Below, one piece after another: positions 7,701 through 16,206 of a DNA stretch of 64,000 bases; positions within the stretch are counted from its first letter, which is position 1, and each line of letters begins with the position of its first letter. This DNA is from a virus. The position numbers and the translations under genes were made by a program. The notes beneath the pieces are model-generated. The model was not told the origin of the DNA, did not search any database, and was given only the letters and a program-made list of their open reading frames with translations. The stretch lies in IMG/VR virus record IMGVR_UViG_3300038944_000010. One strand, 5' to 3'.

Positions 7701-8115
7701 AGTTGGTCACCAGCGCCATGCGCAGTTCATCGTGAGGGGATTTGTCCACGGCATGGATCGTGTCACCTTTGAAGATCACAAAGCGACCTGCCACCGGCTT
7801 GATCCGCTCATTGATTCCACAGGGATCGACCACTAACTCGCCTTCAGCATCGGTCAGGTACAACACCGAGGTAAAGGCATTGGGCAGGTGGTCGTGTGGG
7901 GTCAGGCCTGCGGTGCCCACATGGACGTGGTTGGAACAGGCGTACAGCTCAGGGCCTGCATCGACATGGGTTTTGACTAAGGGCAACAGGTGTTCGTCAG
8001 TAAACTGCTGAATCACCGGGTTCTCGATAAACCCTTTGTTGTGCTCGCACAAAGCGGCTTCAAAGAGCCAATCAGGCAATGCCACGTTGTCAATGATGAT
8101 GTACAGAAGGTTCAT
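7681..8115 (-). CDS. putative Fe(II)/2-oxoglutarate oxygenase
   Basis: PHDH...SVLYL...FKGDTIHAV...RMALVTN double-stranded beta-helix pattern. Confidence 0.75.
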   Translation of the reverse strand: MNLLYIIIDNVALPDWLFEAALCEHNKGFIENPVIQQFTDEHLLPLVKTHVDAGPELYACSNHVHVGTAGLTPHDHLPNAFTSVLYLTDAEGELVVDPCGINERIKPVAGRFVIFKGDTIHAVDKSPHDELRMALVTNYEYPAV

Positions 8116-9176
8116 TATTCGTAAGCCTGTCCGTCTACGATCATAAGGTCCCAGCGATTCTTCATCTCGATGAGGCAGGTGGCACTCCCTGTCTCCTCCA
8201 TCAGATGTTGCACGTCACACCGGGCACAGTTGTCCAGAAAGCAGCAGTCGCCGCACTCAGGGTGTTCACTGTATTTGATCAGGTTGTTGATGTAGGCCTG
8301 CTCACGGTTGTCAATCAGACGCTCACCGGTCCAAGGCTTAGGTAGTTCGTACTTGTCCTTGTACAGGGTCAGGTTTTCCACCAGTACGATGGTCGAATAC
8401 AGCTTACCGGTCCGGTAGGTGTACTCATAGCCTTCTTTGGTCCCTGGGATCAATGGCACGAACTCATGGGTGTTGATCTTCGTCTTGACGAAATCCGAAA
8501 ACTGCTTGATGTCCCGCTTGAAGCGTTCGGCATGCAGGATGTTATCAAACCCTTGTCGGGCGTTGACGAAGGGGAATTCAATCACCTTGTCGATCCCTGA
8601 GCCAAAGTCGTAATTGCGCAGCCGGCTAAACGACTCGTCATTGAACTGACTGAGGTTCTCTTCCTCGATATTGACCGTGGCATACAGGCGCGTGAAGGAG
8701 GCTTTCTTCAGCAGACTTTGGAAATACGCCAACCGCTCCTTCATCATGCCCATGAACTTCTCGTTGGCCACATTCTTCAAGGTAAAGGGTGTGCCGATGT
8801 TGACGTACTTGCCTGGCATCAACTCATCGCACAGCGCTGCCAGCTCCGGCAGGTTACGGTCATGCAACATGGCCGCATTCAGGGTCAGCACCTTGTAGTA
8901 CGAGGCGATCTGCTTGATCACCGGGTGCCGCAACACAGCAAAACCATTGTCACTGCTGGTGATGTCCGTCGGCCCAATCTTCAGCTCCAACATCCGCCAG
9001 TCGTTTTGCTTAAGGTCTTCAAGCAGCCCCAACAATGCCTTGGCATCGTCTGCTGGGACATCGAACTCAGCGAAGTTCTTATCGACGGTGCAGCCTGAAC
9101 AACTGTAGCCACACCCTTTCAACACCTCCAACCCTAAGTTGAAGGTTTGCGAGACGCGATCAACGTGCATACTCAA
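8115..9176 (-). CDS. divergent radical-SAM-like Fe-S protein with C-terminal Cys cluster
   Basis: CGYSCSGC (CX3CX2C); C-terminal CGDCCFLDNCARC...C; IGPTD in place of GGEP. Confidence 0.7.
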   Translation of the reverse strand: MSMHVDRVSQTFNLGLEVLKGCGYSCSGCTVDKNFAEFDVPADDAKALLGLLEDLKQNDWRMLELKIGPTDITSSDNGFAVLRHPVIKQIASYYKVLTLNAAMLHDRNLPELAALCDELMPGKYVNIGTPFTLKNVANEKFMGMMKERLAYFQSLLKKASFTRLYATVNIEEENLSQFNDESFSRLRNYDFGSGIDKVIEFPFVNARQGFDNILHAERFKRDIKQFSDFVKTKINTHEFVPLIPGTKEGYEYTYRTGKLYSTIVLVENLTLYKDKYELPKPWTGERLIDNREQAYINNLIKYSEHPECGDCCFLDNCARCDVQHLMEETGSATCLIEMKNRWDLMIVDGQAYE

Positions 9177-10188
9177 GCCCTACCAAGCAGTCTTTGATAC
9201 CCATGAATTTCATGATGCTGGTGATGCCCTTCTCCGCACAGCTGGAGAGATACGGACACTCCATGCAGGGCGTGTCTTTCAGGTACTCCAGAGACGCGTC
9301 AAACGCCTTCTGACGGGTCGCTAAGAGATTATCCATAGTCCAGGGCTTGGGCACGGTGAACGCGTCTTCCAGGAACGGACAGTCGTCTTTCAAGAAGGGT
9401 ACCCAATACAACTTGCCGTCGGTGTACAGCAGGTTCATCATGGTCCCGGTGTTCAGGCACAGGTCCGGGTTCTTGCGCCGTTCATCGGTGCCATTCAACT
9501 GCTTGTAGTACGAACTGATCCGATAGCTCATGCGCTGGATCTGCTGCGCCACTTGCAAGTCCTTGATCGGCGCACGCCCGTAGGGGATGTTTAAAATGTC
9601 ATCCTTGTCGACCGGGAACTCCACATCAAAGCCTTTGATCAGCATCTCCTCGAACTCGTCGTCGACGGTGTCCTTGGTGCAGTTGACCACAAAGCCCGCT
9701 TCGTTCAAGAAGGCGTTGTGCAGGTTGTCCTTGATGTGATTCAACTTCATGTTGATCATGTCGCTGAACTTGTTGGTCTTGAAGAAGTGTGGGGCTGCCG
9801 GTATCAAGAAGCGAATCGGTTTACCCGGTACGCAGACATCAATCTCCTGACACATGGCGGTGTACTTCTTCAGGTCCTTTTCCAAGAAGGCGGCGTTGAA
9901 GGTCACCTGATGAAACAGTTGCGTCATGGATTGAAAGATCGGGTGCTCCATGACTTCATCTTTGTTGTCGGCACTCATGTAGTCCGTCGGGCCAATGCCC
10001 AAATCGAACGCCACGTAACCGACGCCTACCATCTCTTCGATGAGTGCTTGCAGTTCAGGCAGGTCATTGACATCACCGCCCATGGTGCGATCAATCATGC
10101 ATCCGGAGCAGTGGTGCTGGCACCCTCGGAATAGATCAAGTGTGATTTCCAGCCGTTGTCTGTGTTGGACGAGGTGTGGGTTGTCCAT
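9160..10188 (-). CDS. divergent radical-SAM-like Fe-S protein with C-terminal Cys cluster
   Basis: CQHHCSGC; C-terminal CMECPYLSSC...C; IGPTD in place of GGEP; apparent paralog of 8115-9176. Confidence 0.7.
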   Translation of the reverse strand: MDNPHLVQHRQRLEITLDLFRGCQHHCSGCMIDRTMGGDVNDLPELQALIEEMVGVGYVAFDLGIGPTDYMSADNKDEVMEHPIFQSMTQLFHQVTFNAAFLEKDLKKYTAMCQEIDVCVPGKPIRFLIPAAPHFFKTNKFSDMINMKLNHIKDNLHNAFLNEAGFVVNCTKDTVDDEFEEMLIKGFDVEFPVDKDDILNIPYGRAPIKDLQVAQQIQRMSYRISSYYKQLNGTDERRKNPDLCLNTGTMMNLLYTDGKLYWVPFLKDDCPFLEDAFTVPKPWTMDNLLATRQKAFDASLEYLKDTPCMECPYLSSCAEKGITSIMKFMGIKDCLVGLEYAR

Positions 10189-11099
10189 AGGTCGAGTAAC
10201 CCCTTAAAACCGTTGCAGGAGCGAGACAGATCCTTGACCTCCCGCAAATGCTCGGAGAGGCAATGTCCCATGTACGTGCAGGTGCCACAATGACCATTGG
10301 TGGTCACGGCCTGCTTTTCTTTTTCACACCACGCAAGATAGCCGTCGATCCCCTCAACCGGGAGAAAGAACTCATTGTCATTGGCATCGAACTCCAACAC
10401 CGCCAGTTGGCCGGTCGGGGTGATGTACAGGTGATCGTCACTGAAGGCATTACGCAGCCCTTCAGCCGCTTCTTTCACCTGCCGTTCATTCTCGAAGTAA
10501 AACTGCCGCTCAGGATGCTCTATAACGCCCCATACGAAGCGTTCGAACTCATCGTAGTACACTGGTTGGGCATTGGCCTGATTCGCGCTGTACGGCTTGA
10601 TCTCGACGTCCTTAGCGTTGCTCAACAGGTTCATGGTCTGAACGAATTCATCCACACTGACGCTGTCCAAGAACTTACGGCTGGCCAAGGTCAGGATGGT
10701 GTACGGGCGCGGTAGACTCAGGAGGTTGTTGAACACCCGCTCGTGCATCTCCCGTGCTTCGAAGTCGTAGGAGACTGACAGATCGAAATCCATATCCTCG
10801 GTGATCTCATTGGTCAAGGTGAGGTTGGTCACCAAGACAATGTCATCGATCCCGTACATGTGCAGGATGTCTTTCAGACCCCGCAGGTATTCTGGTGGCA
10901 ACAGCAGGACTTCTCCGCCGTACAAGTCCACATGCCCCACGTCGTAATGAGCGATGATCTCAAGCAGGACCTCTTCGAACTTGTCCAACTCAAGGCGTGT
11001 CCGATCCCCCAATTGCTCAGGGGTCAGGTAGCAAAACTCACAACGCAGGTTGCAGTAATAAGACGGGTTGACGCTGAGGTTTATTTTTGGCTTGGACAA
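10095..11099 (-). CDS. radical SAM protein with SPASM-like C-terminus
   Basis: CNLRCEFC, LYGGEV, C-terminal CGTCTYMGHC...C; likely TTG start at 11099 with GGAGG SD. Confidence 0.85.
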   Translation of the reverse strand: MSKPKINLSVNPSYYCNLRCEFCYLTPEQLGDRTRLELDKFEEVLLEIIAHYDVGHVDLYGGEVLLLPPEYLRGLKDILHMYGIDDIVLVTNLTLTNEITEDMDFDLSVSYDFEAREMHERVFNNLLSLPRPYTILTLASRKFLDSVSVDEFVQTMNLLSNAKDVEIKPYSANQANAQPVYYDEFERFVWGVIEHPERQFYFENERQVKEAAEGLRNAFSDDHLYITPTGQLAVLEFDANDNEFFLPVEGIDGYLAWCEKEKQAVTTNGHCGTCTYMGHCLSEHLREVKDLSRSCNGFKGLLDLWTTHTSSNTDNGWKSHLIYSEGASTTAPDA

Positions 11100-11159
11100 A
11101 ACAATCCCTCCGCAATGATGATGCAAATGGCCATCGCCAGTTTGTTTGCCTTCATGCCA

Positions 11160-11354
11160 TTAACCCCGATGCGTCTTGGCGTGTTGCTTGGCAAGGTCCA
11201 TCAGGGCCTCACGCATCGCCAGTTCGAAGTCTGCAAACCCAACGGTCGTCATGCTTTGGTTACGCGCCATCAGCTGACGGACAATGGTGTCAGCCTCGCG
11301 CTCCAGTGCTTGTTTGAGATTGATCAGCAGGGTTTCGTGGGTGAGAATAGCCAT
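11160..11354 (-). CDS. small hypothetical protein (64 aa)
   Basis: Starts 1 nt after the upstream stop; GAGG SD. Confidence 0.6.
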   Translation of the reverse strand: MAILTHETLLINLKQALEREADTIVRQLMARNQSMTTVGFADFELAMREALMDLAKQHAKTHRG

Positions 11355-11355
11355 G

Positions 11356-12444
11356 TTAACCTCGAGCGATGATTTGGACCGATTCGTCCACGTAAGGGGT
11401 AGGGGTCAGGTAGTCCTGCATCCCGTTCAGTTCGATGAGCCTTGGAGCAATGCTTTTCATGGTCTTGCAATGGTGCTCGGCCAGGCCCAACCGTTTGGTA
11501 TCAGCCACCGTCTTTCGACACCCATTACAGATAAGGAACATCGGACAGGCATTGCACGATTCTTTCATCGACCACAGTTCTTCTTGATCGCGCAACGGGG
11601 TAAAGAACTCCCCAGCCATTTCTTTCTCAAAGTCAATGGGGTATTTCAGATCATCCCCAAAGGCCCCACAGGAGAAGTAGCCGTTGTTAGGCTGTAGGCT
11701 GCGAATACCACTGTCGCAATCGCGCGACAACGGACAGATGGTGTTTTGCGTCTTGATGCGCTTGACCATTTGCTTGGTGTTGAATTCCCACTGCATCAAG
11801 CCGGCATCGTAGATCTCGATGTAGGCTTTGTACATATCGGCTTGGGTGTACATCGTCTCAGCGTTACCCATCGCGATGCCTTTTTTGACCACCACAGGCC
11901 CTGAGGCAACAGCATAATTGACCTTGGCCTCCACCCCGAGCCGTTGGGCAAGACGCACGGTATCGAGGACCGTGTGCGCATTGTCCTTATCGATCACCGC
12001 AATGAAGTCCGGACGATAACCGACACGCTCAAGGAAGAGATCACTGACGGCAACGAATTCTTCTTCGGTCAGAGGGGTACCGTCTCCCTTCAACCGCTTA
12101 TCGCCATATTGGAACGAGGTGGTGACACCCAGTCGTTCATGGCGGAACAGGTCTTGCCATTTCTCAGGCTTGACGTAAAACGGCCAGAGATTGGAGGTAA
12201 ACGAGATGGACGCATTCGAACCCAACCGGTCTAACATGGCAATCATGTCCCAGTAGTACTCAGGCGGCATCATCAACGGATCACCGCCGTTGACAATAAT
12301 CGTCCGGGTCTCGGGGAAGCGGGCAATGAACCGTTCCAGTTGAGACAGGTCGACCACTTCCTTATTGTCTTCACTGAGGTAGGTGCTTGAACAGAACGTG
12401 CACTTGAAATTACAGAGTGCCGTTGGTTTCAGAATGACATCCAC
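11356..12444 (-). CDS. radical SAM/SPASM protein
   Basis: CNFKCTFC, VNGGDP, SPASM-like CPLSRDC...FSC...CNACPMFLICNGC...C; GTG start with AAGGAG SD. Confidence 0.9.
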   Translation of the reverse strand: MDVILKPTALCNFKCTFCSSTYLSEDNKEVVDLSQLERFIARFPETRTIIVNGGDPLMMPPEYYWDMIAMLDRLGSNASISFTSNLWPFYVKPEKWQDLFRHERLGVTTSFQYGDKRLKGDGTPLTEEEFVAVSDLFLERVGYRPDFIAVIDKDNAHTVLDTVRLAQRLGVEAKVNYAVASGPVVVKKGIAMGNAETMYTQADMYKAYIEIYDAGLMQWEFNTKQMVKRIKTQNTICPLSRDCDSGIRSLQPNNGYFSCGAFGDDLKYPIDFEKEMAGEFFTPLRDQEELWSMKESCNACPMFLICNGCRKTVADTKRLGLAEHHCKTMKSIAPRLIELNGMQDYLTPTPYVDESVQIIARG

Positions 12445-12454
12445 GGACTACTCC

Positions 12455-12631
12455 TTAGGCTACCTGTTGGGCTTTACGCTGACGCAGGTGATTGACCATA
12501 TTGACGATGGTGTAGCCGTCGGTGGACAGTTCGCGGTCGACTGGATCAACCGGATCGAGGCCTTCATCACGCATCCATTGAATGGCTTGTTGGTACCCGT
12601 CTGGGGTCAGGGGGAAATCGTGTACGGACAT
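12455..12631 (-). CDS. small hypothetical protein (58 aa, MSVHDFPLTPDGYQQAIQWMRDEG...)
   Basis: Read manually; not in the ORF track; its stop abuts the SD of the next radical SAM gene. Confidence 0.55.
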   Translation of the reverse strand: MSVHDFPLTPDGYQQAIQWMRDEGLDPVDPVDRELSTDGYTIVNMVNHLRQRKAQQVA

Positions 12632-12766
12632 GATGGCAGTCTCAGAAGAAAGAATGCAGTAAGGGAGAAAACATCTTACTGTTTAGGTCATAACATGGGA
12701 ACGCTGACGAATTCCCGATAACTAAAATTCATACGAGCTGACTTAAGTATAAAAATAAATACAAAC

Positions 12767-12802
12767 GGCATATAGGCTCCGGTTGCCCGGAGCCCGTATG
12801 TC
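12767..12802 (-). terminator. hairpin/terminator inside the radical-SAM cluster (CATA...TATG family)
   Basis: GGCATA-TA-GGCTCCGG-TTGC-CCGGAGCC-CG-TATGTC; T-rich tract follows on the minus strand. Confidence 0.65.
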
Positions 12803-13796
12803 ACGCTTCGACAATCTGATCAAACATCAGCTTGATCTGACAGATGTCATTGCTCTGCTCGATAAACGAGTGATGGAGGAAGCATCGCATGCCACACCGC
12901 GAGTAGTACTCACAGGTAAAGCAGTTGTACTTCTCAACAAAGCGCAGTTCCGCTTCGTCTTTGGCTTTAAGGCCTTCACCCTCATCAAGGATGGCGTTCT
13001 TCCCAGCTTCTGACCAGCACGTGCTCACGACCCCGTCTTTGTTGACGATCTTCGTGGAGCGGCAGGTGGTCTCATTGAACGCGTTCTGTTTCCAGTCCTT
13101 AATCGGATAGGAGTTAGGATAACGCTCGTTGAGGTGCAGGTACAGTTTACTGATCAGGTCTTCATCCGGTTGGATGTACTCGTACATCTGACTGGGGATG
13201 TAGTGATCGAAGTACACATCGAAGTGTTCGCACATCCAGGCCACTTCGTATCCTTCATTCTCATTCAGGAAGGCCTCGATGTTCTGCTTGGTGATCACAA
13301 CGTTGATGGTCTTGACCCAGTCCTTGACGCGCTGCAGATTGTGCATGAACACCATCCGGCTGACGCGATCAAAACGACCCGCGGGATCATACGACGTTGC
13401 AATTTGGACCCTACCGTGAGCAGAGAGACGACTGACCAGCTTGATCAAGCGTTCCACCCGGTGGTAGACCAGGTTGGTGCCCAGCACCAGCAAGGCTTCG
13501 TCGAAGTGCTCGAAGACGCGCTTGCCGGCCTGGTAATACTGCTCGAACATCTCATCGGGGATCTCATCGAGGAACAGCTCACCGCCGGTCATGTTCACCA
13601 CGTACGGTTGACGTGGATCGGTGTTGGCGATGAGCGTTTCGACTTTCTCAGCGATGGTGTCAAACCCCACCTTGGAGTCGTGGTCCTGATGGCAGAACGA
13701 ACACCGTAGATTACAGTACTCAAACAGAATCAGGTGCGCTTCTTTCCACTTACCCTTCTTCTCTTGGAGGATGTTCACTACGGGGATCAGTGCCAT
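12801..13796 (-). CDS. radical SAM protein with SPASM-like C-terminus
   Basis: CNLRCSFC, MTGGEL, C-terminal CRS...C...CFTCEYYSRCGMRC...C; ATG overlaps the upstream TAA. Confidence 0.88.
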   Translation of the reverse strand: MALIPVVNILQEKKGKWKEAHLILFEYCNLRCSFCHQDHDSKVGFDTIAEKVETLIANTDPRQPYVVNMTGGELFLDEIPDEMFEQYYQAGKRVFEHFDEALLVLGTNLVYHRVERLIKLVSRLSAHGRVQIATSYDPAGRFDRVSRMVFMHNLQRVKDWVKTINVVITKQNIEAFLNENEGYEVAWMCEHFDVYFDHYIPSQMYEYIQPDEDLISKLYLHLNERYPNSYPIKDWKQNAFNETTCRSTKIVNKDGVVSTCWSEAGKNAILDEGEGLKAKDEAELRFVEKYNCFTCEYYSRCGMRCFLHHSFIEQSNDICQIKLMFDQIVEA

Positions 13797-14851
13797 TACC
13801 ATTGTGCTCCTTTGACGCACTGACGCAGGACGTCGATGTCCTCGTTCAATACGTAGCGGATGAGGTTCTCGTCGTACTTGCCCGAGTCCGCGTTCGGCAG
13901 AGCCAGACGCTTGGCCCCTTTGAACATGGTCTTGACGCGATCTTTCATCGCTTCGGGTTCGTAGATGTTGGCATCGTTCTGCATGAGCTCAAGGATCAGG
14001 CGAGTACGCCCAGCCGTTGGGCCTTCATCACAGAACTCGAGGACCTTGATCAGTTCCTTGAGCAGGCCAATGGTCCAATCCTTGGTCGGGTCGTTTTCGA
14101 ACACGCCAGGCTGCAAGAACATCGGGTTGTTCAGGTAGTGGAAGTGCAAGGTGCCTTCGAACACGCTCTTGCCGTTCATCAGCGTGTCCATGTCACAGCC
14201 TGCAAACTCCCACATGCCAGGATCAGCAATCATCCGACCCCAGACATCGAGGGCGTCATGGGTGTTGGCCAGAGCGATCCGGCGCAGGATGTTGCGCAGG
14301 GTCTTGGGCAGCTTACCCACACGGTCGCAGGTCATCAGACGCAGGATGCGCCATTCCAACGACACGTCGTCCGGCGCTTGACTGAACAACTCGGTCATCG
14401 CCGCTTGATGCGGGTCTTCGAACTTGAACAGCTCTTCGATGGTCTTGGCGTTGATCACCACTTCGGCCAGGATGTTCGACGCCGGCTTGCGGATGTTCAG
14501 CAGCGAGACGTTGAAGGTGGCCTTCTTGCAGAGGAAGATCCAACGGAACACATCGAGGGTGACCGACGGGAGCAAGGCCTTCACCGCCATGGCATACAGA
14601 CGCAGATAGGTCTTGCCATCGGCGAAGATGAAAGTCTTCTCTTTGCTGTTGAATGCTGCACCCATGGCCGCTTTGAACTCGTCCTGACCCAGGTCATCCA
14701 GGGACACGGCGTAAGTCAGCTGTTCGGCTGCCTGCTCGTGTTGTACCGGCACGTGCTCATAGCCAACGTGCGGACCGAAGGCAATGTAGGGGTTGTCACG
14801 GGTGATACGCGAGTCGATTTCGACGTAGGCTTTACTGCGCAGGTGATACAT
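13796..14851 (-). CDS. hypothetical protein in the radical-SAM cluster (351 aa)
   Basis: Long ORF overlapping both neighbours. Confidence 0.8.
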   Translation of the reverse strand: MYHLRSKAYVEIDSRITRDNPYIAFGPHVGYEHVPVQHEQAAEQLTYAVSLDDLGQDEFKAAMGAAFNSKEKTFIFADGKTYLRLYAMAVKALLPSVTLDVFRWIFLCKKATFNVSLLNIRKPASNILAEVVINAKTIEELFKFEDPHQAAMTELFSQAPDDVSLEWRILRLMTCDRVGKLPKTLRNILRRIALANTHDALDVWGRMIADPGMWEFAGCDMDTLMNGKSVFEGTLHFHYLNNPMFLQPGVFENDPTKDWTIGLLKELIKVLEFCDEGPTAGRTRLILELMQNDANIYEPEAMKDRVKTMFKGAKRLALPNADSGKYDENLIRYVLNEDIDVLRQCVKGAQW

Positions 14852-15587
14852 GTTCGATTTCCTTCATCATCTGGGAGGTCTTTTCCACCACGCCTTGCAT
14901 CGGCGGTAGGATAGCCTGGAATTCAGTCGGGCACTGGGACGCCAGCAGACCGAGGAAGTAGGGGTTGTTCTTACTCGCAAAGAACTTGAACAGGTTGTCC
15001 CCGGCGAAGATGTACTCGTTAAAGTACGTCTTGTTCCAGTTGTAATCGGACTCTTGAACACCCTCAATCAACAAGGGGAATAGTTCGTGCTCGATCAACC
15101 TGACGAAGTTGATCCCCACCATGCTGTCATCGGTGTCTTCCGGGTACTTGGCCTCGACATCGGCCTTGAAGTCCGGTTGACAATACAGGGCGAACAGCGG
15201 CAACGAATCCACACGACGCAACCAGGTCTCAATCAGATCCTGATGGGCATCGATAAACGGAACCGGATCGAACGGCAGATGACAGGGTTTGCCAGTTGCT
15301 GCCAGCAGGACGTTGATGGCCAGGTCTTCCAGATCCGGAATCGAGGCCAGCTGAGGACACTGCAGGTAATCGACCAACAACTCGATCAACCCTTCGGTGC
15401 TCTTGAATTCCAACCGGCAGTTGATCTGCAGGTTAACCAAGAACGTCAGAAAGGCACGCCCTTTGAGACGACTGTTATCCACGTCCAGCACGAACTGGAT
15501 GTCTTCGGTGAACTTACGCTTGAGTTCTGCAAGCGGAATCGGGGCGGTGGTGTGGATTTGAATGGGGGTGATCGGCTGTTCGCTCAT
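14832..15587 (-). CDS. hypothetical protein in the radical-SAM cluster (251 aa)
   Basis: Likely start MSEQPITPI at 15587; overlaps the next gene. Confidence 0.8.
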   Translation of the reverse strand: MSEQPITPIQIHTTAPIPLAELKRKFTEDIQFVLDVDNSRLKGRAFLTFLVNLQINCRLEFKSTEGLIELLVDYLQCPQLASIPDLEDLAINVLLAATGKPCHLPFDPVPFIDAHQDLIETWLRRVDSLPLFALYCQPDFKADVEAKYPEDTDDSMVGINFVRLIEHELFPLLIEGVQESDYNWNKTYFNEYIFAGDNLFKFFASKNNPYFLGLLASQCPTEFQAILPPMQGVVEKTSQMMKEIEHVSPAQ

Positions 15588-15652
15588 GATGGGGCTCTCG
15601 GCTGATGGAGCTGGTTGGCGCCAGCTCCGGGTTGCATGACAAGTCATGGATG

Positions 15653-16204
15653 TTAACGGCGCCCACGGGCGCAGTGACAGTTACTGTGGCAGCTGGTATG
15701 GCAGATCACACGCGACAGTTGCAGTGTGGTGTTCCGCGCGGCACTCACGTAAGCCGTCCAGAGTTCATCGATGGAGGTATTCAATGCAGCGAGGTCCATT
15801 TCAACCCCTTCACGCATCAGCGACATGGCCGGACTGTTACCAAATGCGCCCACCGAGTAGGCGGTGTGAGCCACCGCGGTGCCGTTGTATTCCAGGATGT
15901 CGCCGTTGCCACTGGAATATCCCGACTTGCTGCGGTAGATCAGAATCTGCACCGTACGGATGGCACTGAACTGATTGGCGAAGTTACGCAGCGCTGCCAC
16001 GGCTTGAGACACCGACGGTTCACCGGCACTGAAGTTGGCACGCGAGAGTGAATCGCCCCGCCCGCCTGTCGTACCACCGAACCAGCCCGGATCGGAGTTG
16101 GCCGGGTAGCTGTTGGTGCCCCAGGAGATACCACTGTTGCAACGGTCACGAATCCGGGCGTTGGCTTGCACCGCGATCCGGTTACGAGTAATTTGTTCGG
16201 TCAT
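15653..16204 (-). CDS. 183-aa protein with C-terminal Cys/His repeat; candidate substrate or precursor of the cluster
   Basis: Ends ICHTSCHSNCHCARGRR; starts 2 nt after the stop of a radical SAM/SPASM gene. Confidence 0.75.
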   Translation of the reverse strand: MTEQITRNRIAVQANARIRDRCNSGISWGTNSYPANSDPGWFGGTTGGRGDSLSRANFSAGEPSVSQAVAALRNFANQFSAIRTVQILIYRSKSGYSSGNGDILEYNGTAVAHTAYSVGAFGNSPAMSLMREGVEMDLAALNTSIDELWTAYVSAARNTTLQLSRVICHTSCHSNCHCARGRR

Positions 16205-16206
16205 GG

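Noticed and set aside
15653..15710. CHTSCH/CHSNCH as c-type heme-binding sites
   Set aside because: Spacing is CxxxCH rather than CxxCH and there is no export signal, so a cytochrome c is unlikely though not excluded.
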